Of a DNA stretch of 64,000 bases, positions 42,971-53,410 are shown piece after piece (the stretch's first letter is position 1; every line of letters starts with the position of its first letter). This DNA comes from an uncultured Planctomycetota bacterium. GTDB lineage: Bacteria; Planctomycetota; Planctomycetia; Isosphaerales; Isosphaeraceae. The DNA is taken from NCBI GenBank assembly GCA_963823665.1, contig CAWGMQ010000007.1, positions 352,001 to 416,000 on the forward strand, in the 5' to 3' direction. Below the pieces are notes generated by a model that searched no databases, had not been told where the DNA came from, and saw nothing but the letters and a program-made list of their open reading frames with translations. Both the position numbers and the translations under genes were made by a program.

Positions 42971-43573
42971 TTAGTGGCCGTTGTCGAACTTGTTGATCAC
43001 CAGCAGTTTGACTGCGTTGATCATACTGAGCCGGGCCGCCTGGATCGCATTCGTCGCCGTCAGCGTGTAAAGACTCGCCGTTGCTCCCGTCGGAGGTGTC
43101 GACGGTATCGCCGGGATCGACGTGTTGATCAACGATTGCAGCAGGCTGTTCGACGTACTGCCGCCGTTGATACGCTTGAAGAGAACGTGCTGCAGCACAG
43201 TCGCGCCGCCGCCATCCGCGCTTCGCTCACTGGAATCCTTGATAATCACCAGACTCGCGGGGATGCGCGTAAGAGTGCGCGTGAGGTTCTGCGCGAGCAC
43301 CTCGACGGCCTGAGTGGCGAACGCCTTCATTGCCGTCGAGTCGGCCGCCGTGCCTGAAGACAGGTACGCGCCTTGCGCTTGCAGGTAGTCGGAAGTGAAC
43401 TGATTGAAGGCGGCGTTGACCTGCGCGACGTCGCGACCGATCGCGCCCGAGGCGCGCGGATTGGCCGAAAGTGTGCCGATGAGCCCCGGTGCGATCGTTC
43501 CACCGTGGGTCATCACCAAGCGGGTTTCCAATGAATCCCCGATCACGGGTTGAAATCTGTGGCGCTTCCTCAT
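42971..43573 (-). CDS. Exported helical protein with planctomycete leader
   Basis: AAGGAGG RBS; MRKRHRFQPVIGDSLETRLVMT. Confidence 0.75.
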   Translation of the reverse strand: MRKRHRFQPVIGDSLETRLVMTHGGTIAPGLIGTLSANPRASGAIGRDVAQVNAAFNQFTSDYLQAQGAYLSSGTAADSTAMKAFATQAVEVLAQNLTRTLTRIPASLVIIKDSSERSADGGGATVLQHVLFKRINGGSTSNSLLQSLINTSIPAIPSTPPTGATASLYTLTATNAIQAARLSMINAVKLLVINKFDNGH

Positions 43574-43686
43574 CGAACTTCACCCTCCTTGAAACCCGCA
43601 CCGACGGCAAAGTTTGCGCTCCGGCCGCCGCGAGAAAAGTAGCGGGCGTGAGTCACCCGAGCCTTTCCGATTAACGGCATTGCGAC

Positions 43687-43723
43687 GCCGCGACATGAGC
43701 AGCAAGTTGACGCATGTCGCGGC
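43687..43723. other. 11-bp perfect inverted repeat (hairpin) between co-directional genes
   Basis: GCCGCGACATG-N15-CATGTCGCGGC. Confidence 0.5.
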
Positions 43724-43749
43724 GGCAGCCGCCGCAATCCGCACACGTC

Positions 43750-46700
43750 TTACACGTGGCGCGTTTTATGGCGCGAGCGCGCGGTGAGATGCAAAGTGGG
43801 TATCGCAGAGTGTCCCGTGCTCGTGATCCGCACATTGACGTACTCTCGCTTCAAGCCGTTGCCGGCCAGGTCGGTGATCTGGCCGAGAGCAACCTTCGCG
43901 TGCGCATGATTTTTCGGAAGATGATTGAACTGAAGAGTCACCGTGACCGGGTCGCTGGGTACGACCGTCGCGTTCGGCACGATTATCACGCTCGTGGGAT
44001 GAATTCGAGCCCGGTGCGGACCCACGAGTGCGTAATTCAAGGGATTCGCAATGGTGGCGAGATCCAATCCACTCAAGTTGTCCTTGAAAGTGATGGCGAT
44101 CTGGTTCGTGTTCGAGGAGCCAGACGTCGCGACGACCGTTGGCGGCACGGTATCGATGATCACATTACCGGGCGTGAGCAGAACCATCGGCGACGGCGGG
44201 CCGTTTGTCGGAATCTGCGCTACTGAAAAAGTGTAGGCACCGTCCGGCAGCGCTCCGACGGCAAAGTTCCACGCGCCCAGATAGTTGGCGACAGCCTGGC
44301 CGAGCAGAACGGGCTGCGCCTGGTTCACCCCGCGCGAGTAGAACTGAATGACCGCATACGGCGTCGCCGTTCCGAAGAATGACGGATAGTTGATCGCGGT
44401 GACGCCATCGGTATCGGAGACGCCGGTGTCGCTGAGCGGATCGAGCTCGCCGCCAAGCGTGGCTGTAGCGCTCACGACGATTCCCGTGCTGCTGGCCGTT
44501 GCGGTTGCGCCGTCCGAGTTTCGCACGATCGTCACGAGAATCATCTCGCCGCTACTTGCTGCGCCGAAGAAAGTTGTTCCAACGACGCTAAATCCTCCCG
44601 TCGCGTTGGCAACGATTGTGCCCACCGAGCTTTGTCCGTTGCCCCACGAGATCGAAGCGTGGTAGTCACCGGGAACGGTACCAGGAGTCGCATCCGAGAA
44701 GATAGCGACCGTGCCCGTGAAGGTCTGGCCGGCAGTCGCGACGATCGTCGTTCCGGTAGCAGCAATCGAAGGCGCGACGACCACAGCGGTGCTTGTCGCG
44801 GTCGCCGACTGGTTATCGATCAACCGCGTGATTGTGACAGTAATCGATTGCGTACCCGTAGCGGCGTATGTGTTGGTCCCGAGGATGTTATACCCGCCGG
44901 TTCCGTTGGGCTCGACGGTCCCAACCGAAGTGTGCCCGTCGCCCCATGCGACCACTGCCGTATAGCCGCTTGCGGTCAGGCCGGGATAGGTGTCTGTGAA
45001 CGTTGCGACCACGCCGGTGAACGGCTGGCCCGCGACCGGCGTGATCGTCGTTCCGGTCGCCGTGATTGCAGGCGCGACAACGACAGCGGTTGTCGTCGCG
45101 GTCGCCGATTGGTTGTTGGTGAGCCGTGTGATGGTTACGGTGACGGAATCCGTGCCGGTGGCGGCGTAGGTGTTTGTGCCGGTGACGTTGAACCCGCCGG
45201 TCGCGTTCGGCGCGATGATTCCGATCGAGGTGTGGCCGTCACCCCACGCAATGGTCGCCGAGTAATCGCTCGCCGGCAGGCCTGTCATACTATCGGTGAA
45301 CGTTGCAACCAGGCCAGTGAAAAGCTGCCCCGCGATCGGCGTGATCGTCGAGCCTGTCGCCGTGATTGTGGGCGCGACGACAACAGCGGTTGTCGTCGCG
45401 GTCGCAGATTGATTGTTGGTGAGCCGTGTGACGGTTACGGTGACCGAATCCGTACCGGTGGCGGCGTAGGTGTTTGTGCCGGTGACGTTGAACCCGCCGG
45501 TCGCGTTCGGCGCGATGGTTCCGATCGAGGTGTGGCCGTCACCCCACACAATGGTCGCCGAATAATCGCTCGCCGGCAGGCCTGTCAGACTATCGGTGAA
45601 CGTTGCAACGAGGCCAGTGAACGGCTGGCCCGCGATCGGCGTGATCGTCGTGCCGGTCGCCGTGATTGCAGACGCGACGACAACAGCGGTTGTCGTCGCC
45701 GTCGTCGATTGATTGTTGGTGAGCCGTGTGACGGTTACGGTGACGGAATCCGTACCGGTGGAGGCGTAGGTGTTTGTACCGGTGACGTTAAACCCGCCGG
45801 TACCGTTCGACGCGATGGTGCCGGCCGACGTGTGGCCGTCACCCCACGCAACGGTCGCCGAGTAATCGCTCGCTGGCAGGCCTGTCAGATTATCGGTGAA
45901 CGATGCAACCAGGCCGGTGAACTGCTGGCCAGCGATTGGCGTGATCGTCGTACCGGTCGCCGTGATTGCGGGCGCGACGACAACAGCGGTTGTCGTCGCG
46001 GTGGCCGATTGATTGTTGCTGAGGCGTGTGATGGTTACGGTGACCGAATCGGTACCGGTGGCGGCGTAGGTGTTTGTGCCGGTGACGTTGAACCCGCCGG
46101 TCCCGTTCGACGCGATGGTTCCGACCGACGTGTGGCCGTCACCCCACGCAACGGTCGCCGAGTAATCGCTCGCCGGCAGGCCTGTCATACTATCGGTAAA
46201 CGATGCAATCACGCCCGTGAATGGCTGACCGGCGATCGGCGTGATCGTCGTACCGGTCGCCGTGATCGCGGGCGCGACGACAACTGCATTCGTCGTCGCG
46301 GTTGCCGACTGATTATCGATCAGTCGCGTGATCGTCACTGCCACCGACTGTGTTCCTGCGGTGGCATAAGTATTCGTGCCGGTCACATTGAAGCCGCCGC
46401 TTCCATTGGGCGCAATGGACCCGATCGTGGTATGGCCATCACCCCATGCGACGGTTGCCGCATAACTGGACGCGCTCAGGCCTGGGTAAGGATCGGTGAA
46501 CGACGCAACAACGCCGGTGAACGGCTGTCCGGCAACCGGTGTGATCGTTGTCCCCGTCGCAAGCAGCATGACCGGGTTGATGGTGGCCTGGCCCTGGCCG
46601 GAGGCAGTGCTTCCATCTGTGCCGCTGACCGTGACGTTCACAGGATACGTGCCGTTGACCGCATAGGTATTGGTGCCGTCGACGGCGAAGTTGGTACCGT

Positions 46701-46968
46701 CCATCACGACTGTGCCGGCAGTCGTATGGCCATCGCCCCACGAGATCACCGCTGTCGGGCTGCTTCCCTGTACGTCCGAGCTCAAAAACGTGGCAATCTG
46801 ACCGGTGACCGGGAAGCCTTCGGACCCAGACACAGGCCCGACGCTCACGGCGAGCAACTCGCGCATCTCGAGCTGCTCGACTTGCTCTCGCCGCGCGCGA
46901 TCGCGTCTCCGTCGTTTGGATTCCCACCCTTGCCCGCGCCGCCGCGAAACATTCCATTGCGAGAACAT
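43750..46968 (-). CDS. Exported adhesin with tandem PKD/Ig-like repeats and a Big_13-like domain
   Basis: Leader LEMRELLA; repeats of ATGTTITP.AGQPFTG.VA.FTD...YSATVAWGDGHTS.G; LDPLSDTG.SD.DG.T; DTVPP; ITDLAGN. Confidence 0.9.
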   Translation of the reverse strand: MFSQWNVSRRRGQGWESKRRRRDRARREQVEQLEMRELLAVSVGPVSGSEGFPVTGQIATFLSSDVQGSSPTAVISWGDGHTTAGTVVMDGTNFAVDGTNTYAVNGTYPVNVTVSGTDGSTASGQGQATINPVMLLATGTTITPVAGQPFTGVVASFTDPYPGLSASSYAATVAWGDGHTTIGSIAPNGSGGFNVTGTNTYATAGTQSVAVTITRLIDNQSATATTNAVVVAPAITATGTTITPIAGQPFTGVIASFTDSMTGLPASDYSATVAWGDGHTSVGTIASNGTGGFNVTGTNTYAATGTDSVTVTITRLSNNQSATATTTAVVVAPAITATGTTITPIAGQQFTGLVASFTDNLTGLPASDYSATVAWGDGHTSAGTIASNGTGGFNVTGTNTYASTGTDSVTVTVTRLTNNQSTTATTTAVVVASAITATGTTITPIAGQPFTGLVATFTDSLTGLPASDYSATIVWGDGHTSIGTIAPNATGGFNVTGTNTYAATGTDSVTVTVTRLTNNQSATATTTAVVVAPTITATGSTITPIAGQLFTGLVATFTDSMTGLPASDYSATIAWGDGHTSIGIIAPNATGGFNVTGTNTYAATGTDSVTVTITRLTNNQSATATTTAVVVAPAITATGTTITPVAGQPFTGVVATFTDTYPGLTASGYTAVVAWGDGHTSVGTVEPNGTGGYNILGTNTYAATGTQSITVTITRLIDNQSATATSTAVVVAPSIAATGTTIVATAGQTFTGTVAIFSDATPGTVPGDYHASISWGNGQSSVGTIVANATGGFSVVGTTFFGAASSGEMILVTIVRNSDGATATASSTGIVVSATATLGGELDPLSDTGVSDTDGVTAINYPSFFGTATPYAVIQFYSRGVNQAQPVLLGQAVANYLGAWNFAVGALPDGAYTFSVAQIPTNGPPSPMVLLTPGNVIIDTVPPTVVATSGSSNTNQIAITFKDNLSGLDLATIANPLNYALVGPHRARIHPTSVIIVPNATVVPSDPVTVTLQFNHLPKNHAHAKVALGQITDLAGNGLKREYVNVRITSTGHSAIPTLHLTARSRHKTRHV
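44701..46560 (-). repeat. Intragenic tandem repeat, exact 300-bp period (~6 units)
   Basis: The sequence at 45001, 45301, 45601, 45901, 46201 and 46501 begins with near-identical text in register. Confidence 0.92.
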
Positions 46969-47271
46969 GGTTTCGGCACTCTCTTTTAATTCGATTTGGG
47001 CCCGACGTCGTCGAGTAACTGAAGGCGATCGCCTGATCGCTTACGAAGATTCCCTACTGTTCCGCCCGGTCTGCCCGCAACCGTGATATGATGAATCGCC
47101 AAGAAGTGCGGCCTGTAGCGGTCGTCGGGACAGGCGAGTTGTTCGACATCCCTGTCCTGTTTCTCAGAGAGGATACCACATGAACCGGGTCGAGGCGCTG
47201 TGAGGGGCGGCGGTTTGTGTGCCGGTGAACCGCGAGGGGGGGAGAGGCTTGCCGGGAGACACGCCTTGGCA

Positions 47272-50200
47272 TCAGGGCGCTTCGGTGGGATTGCCCGGGG
47301 CGGCTCCTGGTGGCGACGCGCGCCGCAGCGCGGCGCGCAGTGAGGCTTGGCGCAGCGGCTCGCTCAGCGCCGGGTCGCTCCGGAGAGCCTCCACGACCCC
47401 GGCCGGGTCGTTCTTCTGCCGCCATACCGCGTCCACCAGCCGTTCGGCCTCGGGCCGCAGGGCCTGGGCCTCGTGGTGCGCCTGGTAACGCGCCCGCGGC
47501 GGCGCCGTGTCCCACAGGCGGACCGTGCGGTCACCGGAACCGGACGCCAGCGTTGTGCCATCGGGGCTGAAGGCCAGCGACCAGACGTAGTTCGTGTGCC
47601 CTTGCAGCCTGGCCACCTCCGCGCCTCGCGCCAGGTCCCAGAGCCAGACCGCCCGGTCGCGGCCGGCCGAGGCCAGGCGCGTGCCGTCGGGGTGAAAAGC
47701 GACTGCGAAGACGTCGTCGGTGTGCCCTCGAAGCACCTGGCAGGCGCCCCCTTCGATCTGCCACACGCGAACGGTTTGGTCCGAACCGCACGAGGCGAGG
47801 CGGCGGCTGTCCAGACTGAACGTCACGGCGCGGACCCGCCCATCGTGCCCGGGGAACTGGGCCGACGGCTGGTACGTGTGGGCGTCGAACAGGCAGAGGG
47901 TCTTGTCGTTGGTGCTGACGCCGGCCAGCCAGCGGCCATCCGGGCTAAAAGCGAGCGCCTTGGTGTCGTGCCTGCCGGACAGGCGGAGGCGGGCAACCAC
48001 CGCGCCGGTCGCGGCGCCGAACACGGTCATGCCACCGGAGCCGTCGAGGGCAGCCAGGGTCGCCCCATCCGGGTGGAACGCCACGGCGAGGATGTTGGGC
48101 GCGGGCAATCGGAACTCCTGCACGCGCCGGCCCGTGGCCACCTCCCAGACCTGAAGCCGGTCCTGCCGCGCGGACACCACGCGGGAGCTATCCGGGCTAA
48201 AGGCCAGCGTCTTCACGAGATCGCCGTTGTCCAGGATCGCACAGGCCTCGCCGGTGCGGGCGTCCCAGAGGCGTAGCCTCTTGTCCCAGTCGCCGGAGGC
48301 GATCCAGCGGCCGTCGGGGCTATAGGCCACCGGGTAGACGTAGCTCCCATGGCCGCGGAGCACGGGCAGGGTCGCCCGCGGATCAACGTCCCAGACCCGG
48401 ATCGTGCCATCCACCGCCTCGCCGACCAGACGCGTCGGGTGACTGACGGACGCCAGCCGGAGGCCGCCCGGCGCGAACGCCAACCCGGCCACGGGCCCAG
48501 TGTGCCCGTGCAGGACCGCGACATCCTGTCGACCCGTCGCCTGCCACACGCGGACCGTTCGGTCGGTGCCCGCCGAGGCGACCCATCGCCCGTCCGGGCT
48601 GTACACGGCTGCGGTGACGTCGCCTGAGTGGCGGTCGTAAGGCGGCTCGACCTCCCGGCCCGTGGCGACGGCCCACTGGCGCACCGTCCCGTCGGAGGAG
48701 GTCGACACCAGGCGCGTGCCGTCCGGGCTGAACGAGACGCCCAGGACCTTGTTCGCGTGCCCCCGACACGTGGCGAGCAGAGACCCGGTGGCCGCATCCC
48801 AGATGGTCGCCGTCCCGTCCTCGTGGCCCGAGCTCAAGAGCTTGCCGTCCGGGCTGAACGCCCACGACCAGAGTTCGCTGTCGGGGCCTTTGCAGGACGC
48901 CGTCTGCTTGCCGGACACCGCGTCGTACACGACAACCCCGTGCCAGCCGTTGCCAATGTTTTCCGCAGCCAAACGGATTCCGTCGGGGCTCACGATCACC
49001 CACCTCGGCCCGCCGCCCCAAGGGTGGTCCACCCGAGCGAGGCTTCGGCCGTTCTCGTCCAGCAGGCAAAAGGTCCGGCTATCGACCCACACTGCGACCC
49101 GAAGTCCGAGGCGCGTCTGAGTGGCGCCCCCCCACGCAATCATTCGGGCGGGGAGCGGCACGTGCGCTGGTTCCCCACCTTCCAGGTCCGTGAGGCTCAG
49201 CCCGGCGCCGCTTGCGATCCCGACCCGTAGGTGATCGGAGGCGGGAAGCAGGAGCCCGCTTGCCCTCGCGGGCAGCGGGATGACCGAGGTGCTCAAGTCG
49301 AGCCGGCTACGCAAGTGCTGCCATTCCCAGCCGCGCAGTGCCTGCGGGGCCTCGTCGAGCTGCCGCGCGGCGTCGACCACGTCGTGCGCCGAAATCGCCA
49401 TGGCCGCGGCCGCCAGCCGGGCGCGGTACAACTGGAACAGGGCCTCACCCTTCTCGGCGTTCGCCTGTCGCTCGTTGGCCTTCGCCAGGTCCCGTTGCTC
49501 GTTCGCTTCCAACCATTTCCAGGCCACACCCGCCATTCCACCGAAGAACGACGTCGTCAAGAGGCCGAGCAATAGCGCGACCAGTGGCCGACGCCGGCAC
49601 GCGCGAGCCAACCGTGCGCCCGACCCCACTGGCCGCGCCGCGACTTGCATGCCCTCGCGAAAGCGCTGCAGGTCTTCGGCCAGCGCCAGGGCGCTGGGAT
49701 AACGACGGTTAGGCTCCTTCTGCAGGCAGTGCAGCGTGATCGCTTCCAGGTTGCGCGGCAGGCGCGGCTGCAAGCGGCGCGGGCGTAGCGGCTCGTCGGA
49801 CGTCACCGCGCGCAGCACTTCGAGCGCGCTGTCTCCCTGAAACGGCATTTGCCCGGTGATGAGCTGGTAGAGAATCACCCCCAAGGCGTGGATGTCGGCC
49901 GCCGGCCCCACCACGGCGCGCCGTTCGCTGCCGCCGGCCTGCTCGGGGGCCATGTATCCCGGCGTGCCGACCAGGATGCCGCTCTGCGTGAGCGTCAAAC
50001 TGCCCTCAGTCCCCTGGGCGAGTCCGAAGTCGGTGATCTTGGGAACGATGAGGGGAGACAGATGCGGGATGAATTCCGTGCCGGCCGAGATTCCTTCGAC
50101 CTTCATTCTTGCGCGCTCATCCTGCTGGAGAAGGATGTTCGCCGGTTTCAGGTCGCGGTGCACGACTCCTTCGGTGTGCGCCACGTGAATGGCACGGGCG

Positions 50201-50850
50201 AGAGTCTCGATGAGCGAAGCTGCCTCGAGCGGCGACCATGGATCGCCATCGAGTCGGTTCGCGAGGCTGCCGCCATCGACCCACTCGAGGGCAAGGAACG
50301 GCCGGCCTTCGAAGCTGCCGATCTCGTAGACCTGCACGATGTTCGGATGCTGCACCCGCGCCGCCAGCTCCGCCTCGAGCCGGAACCGCACTTCCTGGGC
50401 TGGGGACGCGAACTCGCCCGACAGCACCATTTTCACGGCCGCAAGCCTTTGGAGGCCCCGGTGCCGCGCCTTGTACACCACACCCATGCCTCCACGTCCC
50501 GCCTCGGCCAGGATGTCGTAGTCCCCGATCTGCTTGGGCGCGGGACGAATGACACTCTCTTCCGGACCTGTTCGTGGCACGGCTGCCCAGGCAGAATGCC
50601 CGCGGCGCAGCGCGCCCACCGCCGACCGACGCTGGGCGCTCTTGACCAGCGTCTCTTCACCTTCGGCAGCGCCTTGTTGGAGCCGCGCCAGCAGGGGATC
50701 GGTGGCGGCCGTCTGATCGAGGCGGCGGCAACACTCGGCACAGTCGCCGAGGTGAGCAGACACACGAGCCAGCTCGGCCTCCGTGAGCCGACCAAGGGAC
50801 AGCGCACGCAGCTCGTCGGAAGTTGGGTGTTTCGACGGGTCTTCGGACAT
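47272..50850 (-). CDS. Hanks-type Ser/Thr kinase with N-terminal zf-HC2 (ZAS-like) motif, TM helix and WD40 propellers
   Basis: HLGDCAEC; GRGGMGVVY; AVK; HRDLKPANIL; DFG; GTPGYMAPEQ; many GH...V..VAFSPDG..LAS...D.TVR.W repeats. Start ATG 50850. Confidence 0.95.
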   Translation of the reverse strand: MSEDPSKHPTSDELRALSLGRLTEAELARVSAHLGDCAECCRRLDQTAATDPLLARLQQGAAEGEETLVKSAQRRSAVGALRRGHSAWAAVPRTGPEESVIRPAPKQIGDYDILAEAGRGGMGVVYKARHRGLQRLAAVKMVLSGEFASPAQEVRFRLEAELAARVQHPNIVQVYEIGSFEGRPFLALEWVDGGSLANRLDGDPWSPLEAASLIETLARAIHVAHTEGVVHRDLKPANILLQQDERARMKVEGISAGTEFIPHLSPLIVPKITDFGLAQGTEGSLTLTQSGILVGTPGYMAPEQAGGSERRAVVGPAADIHALGVILYQLITGQMPFQGDSALEVLRAVTSDEPLRPRRLQPRLPRNLEAITLHCLQKEPNRRYPSALALAEDLQRFREGMQVAARPVGSGARLARACRRRPLVALLLGLLTTSFFGGMAGVAWKWLEANEQRDLAKANERQANAEKGEALFQLYRARLAAAAMAISAHDVVDAARQLDEAPQALRGWEWQHLRSRLDLSTSVIPLPARASGLLLPASDHLRVGIASGAGLSLTDLEGGEPAHVPLPARMIAWGGATQTRLGLRVAVWVDSRTFCLLDENGRSLARVDHPWGGGPRWVIVSPDGIRLAAENIGNGWHGVVVYDAVSGKQTASCKGPDSELWSWAFSPDGKLLSSGHEDGTATIWDAATGSLLATCRGHANKVLGVSFSPDGTRLVSTSSDGTVRQWAVATGREVEPPYDRHSGDVTAAVYSPDGRWVASAGTDRTVRVWQATGRQDVAVLHGHTGPVAGLAFAPGGLRLASVSHPTRLVGEAVDGTIRVWDVDPRATLPVLRGHGSYVYPVAYSPDGRWIASGDWDKRLRLWDARTGEACAILDNGDLVKTLAFSPDSSRVVSARQDRLQVWEVATGRRVQEFRLPAPNILAVAFHPDGATLAALDGSGGMTVFGAATGAVVARLRLSGRHDTKALAFSPDGRWLAGVSTNDKTLCLFDAHTYQPSAQFPGHDGRVRAVTFSLDSRRLASCGSDQTVRVWQIEGGACQVLRGHTDDVFAVAFHPDGTRLASAGRDRAVWLWDLARGAEVARLQGHTNYVWSLAFSPDGTTLASGSGDRTVRLWDTAPPRARYQAHHEAQALRPEAERLVDAVWRQKNDPAGVVEALRSDPALSEPLRQASLRAALRRASPPGAAPGNPTEAP

Positions 50851-50943
50851 GGGAAGCCTGCGCGGGGTTGATCGGACGAACAAGAGACGGCCGGGATTCT
50901 CTTTATAGAACCGTCGCCGAACCGAGAACCTGACACGTCTCAC

Positions 50944-51525
50944 TCAGTCGATGAGCCCCTCCGCCTCCTGGCGGATGCGCTGGAGGACGCGCGACTTGGC
51001 CACGTAGACGGCAGCCACAGACATCCCCAGCTCCGCGGCCACTTCGGCACCGTTGGCCTCTTCGAGGGCCAGTCGCCGAAAGGCCCGCAGCGTGGGCGGT
51101 TCGAACTCCGCTTCGATCAGGTCCAGCAGGCAGCGGATTATGTAGCGGTCGTGTTCCTGGTCCCACTGGCGGTTCAGCTCGCTGTCGGGGTCCGCGATCT
51201 GCTGGAGGGCCGCCGTGGCGCCGCTGCCACCGCTGGCCTGGGTGCTCGCGCCGGTGGCCCGCCAGTAATTGCTCGTGCGGCTGCAGACGATGGTGCGCAG
51301 CCACGAGCGAAACGCGCCTCGGTGACCAGAGTGTTCGAAGGTGGGGAGGTGCTTGACCACGTTCAAAAGAACGTCCTGGCTGAGGTCCTCCAGATCGGCC
51401 GCCGGCACACCCTGGCGGTTGAGCCAGCCGATGATCAGGGGACGATAGAGGTCCGTCAGATCCCTCCACGCATCCGCTTCGCCGGACTGAGCGCGGAAGA
51501 GCAGGCTTTGCCGGGTCTCGTTCAT
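50944..51525 (-). CDS. ECF sigma-70 factor of the Ser/Thr-kinase-associated type
   Basis: TRQSLL; DLEDLSQDVL; GAFRSWLRTI; EVAAELGMSVAAVYVAKSRVL; lies directly upstream of the kinase. Confidence 0.92.
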   Translation of the reverse strand: MNETRQSLLFRAQSGEADAWRDLTDLYRPLIIGWLNRQGVPAADLEDLSQDVLLNVVKHLPTFEHSGHRGAFRSWLRTIVCSRTSNYWRATGASTQASGGSGATAALQQIADPDSELNRQWDQEHDRYIIRCLLDLIEAEFEPPTLRAFRRLALEEANGAEVAAELGMSVAAVYVAKSRVLQRIRQEAEGLID

Positions 51526-51950
51526 GACCCAATTTTACCGTCGACGCGGCGGGAGAGCTTCACACTTTCTGTCGTTTCTCGACCGATTCGTGTAAGGTTT
51601 TCCGCCGCCGGTTGTTTCTTATCCCCGTCGGCGATCGTGTGAACGCGACAACGCTGACTTGCCTGGCCCGCCTTCAAATGCTCTTCCGCTAGAGTGTGGG
51701 CCACTGGATTCGACCCGTCGCGGGCGCGTCGGGTCGAGAAACTTTTTTATCTGACGATTCTGCGGACCGAGCAAGAATCGGTTCTGCCGAGTCGCTGCGC
51801 AGACGGGCCCGCGCCGTTCGCGTAGACGAACCGCTCTGGCGCAGCTTGGTTTCCGCGCCGTTTCGGCGTGCGTCTCCAGGTTTGCGAAAAGCCGCGCCAG
51901 CCGTCACTTCCGTCTGACAACTCTTTTTCCATGACTCGGAGGAGCACCAT

Positions 51951-53286
51951 TATGTTTCGCTTCGGAGCCTTCTACAAACGGTGGAACCAACGACCCGACG
52001 CGGCCCGAGGCCGGCTGCGGCTGCGGCCGGGATTGATGGCACTGGAGGGCCGCACGCTGCTCTCGACCTTCACGGTCAACAGCACGGCCGACAACGGCAG
52101 CACAGGCACACTGCGGTGGGCTGTCGACCAGGCGAACTCGAGCGATCAGGCGAGCACGATCGTTTTCTCGAGCCAGTTCAACACGCCGCAAAAGATTACC
52201 TTGACCGGCGGCCCGCTGGTCCTCAGCAATCCGGCGACAACCACGATCACCGGGCCGGGAGAAAACGTGCTGACGATCAGCGGCAAGAACGCCACGCGCG
52301 TGTTTGCCATCACCCCCGGTTCGGCGGCGGCGCTGTCGGGACTGACCATCACCGGCGGCAAAGTGAACGGCAACGGCGGTGGCATACGAAACGACGGCGG
52401 CACCCTGGCGCTTGACGACATGGTCCTGCGCGGCAACTCCGCCCGCGTCGGCGGCGGCCTGTTCAACAATGGCAGCGCGACGCTGACCGACGTCATTGCC
52501 CGCGGCAACCACGCCCGCACCGGCGGTGGCATTTTCAACAATGGCAGCGCGACGCTGACCGATGTGGTCACGCGCGGCAACTCGGCCCTTGTGGGTTCTG
52601 GCGTCTTCAGCGCACGAACAGCGACCCTCACCCGGAGCGGCCTCTCGAGTGAAGCGTCCACGAAGACGATCCTGAGCGATAACTTCACCAAGAATGTGAC
52701 CGGAGGAGTACCCACGAACTGGGCAGCCTTACCCGCTCCTTTCGCCGGTACGTACTCCGAGAGTTCTGGCAATGTCACGATCACCGTGGGCAACTCGAGC
52801 GTGGGTGACGCGGGAATCCTATCGGGCCTCCCGTCTTCGGCCTTCGCCCCTCTGAATGTGGTGACGACGATCCAGGCGCAAATCAACAACGTCAACCAGG
52901 CCGGCAACGCCGTCTTCGGACTGATCGGCCTGTCGTCCTCAGGGACTCAAACGGGCTACCTGGCGGCGGGAATCGACGCCCAAGGCAATGTTGTCATCGT
53001 CGAGCAGGAAGCAGGCATCTCCCAGATCGTGGCCACCAAGAAGGACGCAAGCTACAAGGGGGGCTCGATCGAGATGACTTTCGTCATCAGCTCGGCGGGT
53101 GTGGAGGTGAAGGCTCCTGGCTACGATTCCGGCGTGCTGTCCTTCAAGAGTCTGAGCAATTTCTCACTGACGACTGCATTCGGATTTGAGGCGATTCCGG
53201 CGCTCGTCGCAGCGAATCAGCCGAAAGCGACGAACGGCGCGGCGAGCTTTGGGTCGATCAACGTCTCCACGACGCCGCTCGGCTGA
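51951..53286 (+). CDS. Exported right-handed beta-helix protein with uncharacterised C-terminal beta domain
   Basis: GGAGGAG RBS before ATG 51951; leader LEGRTLLS; GTLRWAV; GGGLFN repeats; C-terminal domain GYLAAGIDAQGNV...SFGSINVST. Confidence 0.85.
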
Positions 53287-53410
53287 CCTAGGGCTGCGGT
53301 CGGGCCGACTAGCGGTGGCGGCATACGAGACGACGACGGGACGCTCGCCGTTCTTCACGTCGTCTCAGGCGCCGCCGTGGCGGCCTGTTTAATTCACAAG
53401 AGAATATATC

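Noticed and set aside
44632..46989. 785-aa plus-strand ORF
   Set aside because: Antisense shadow of the repetitive Thr/Val-rich adhesin; Arg-rich, non-protein-like composition.
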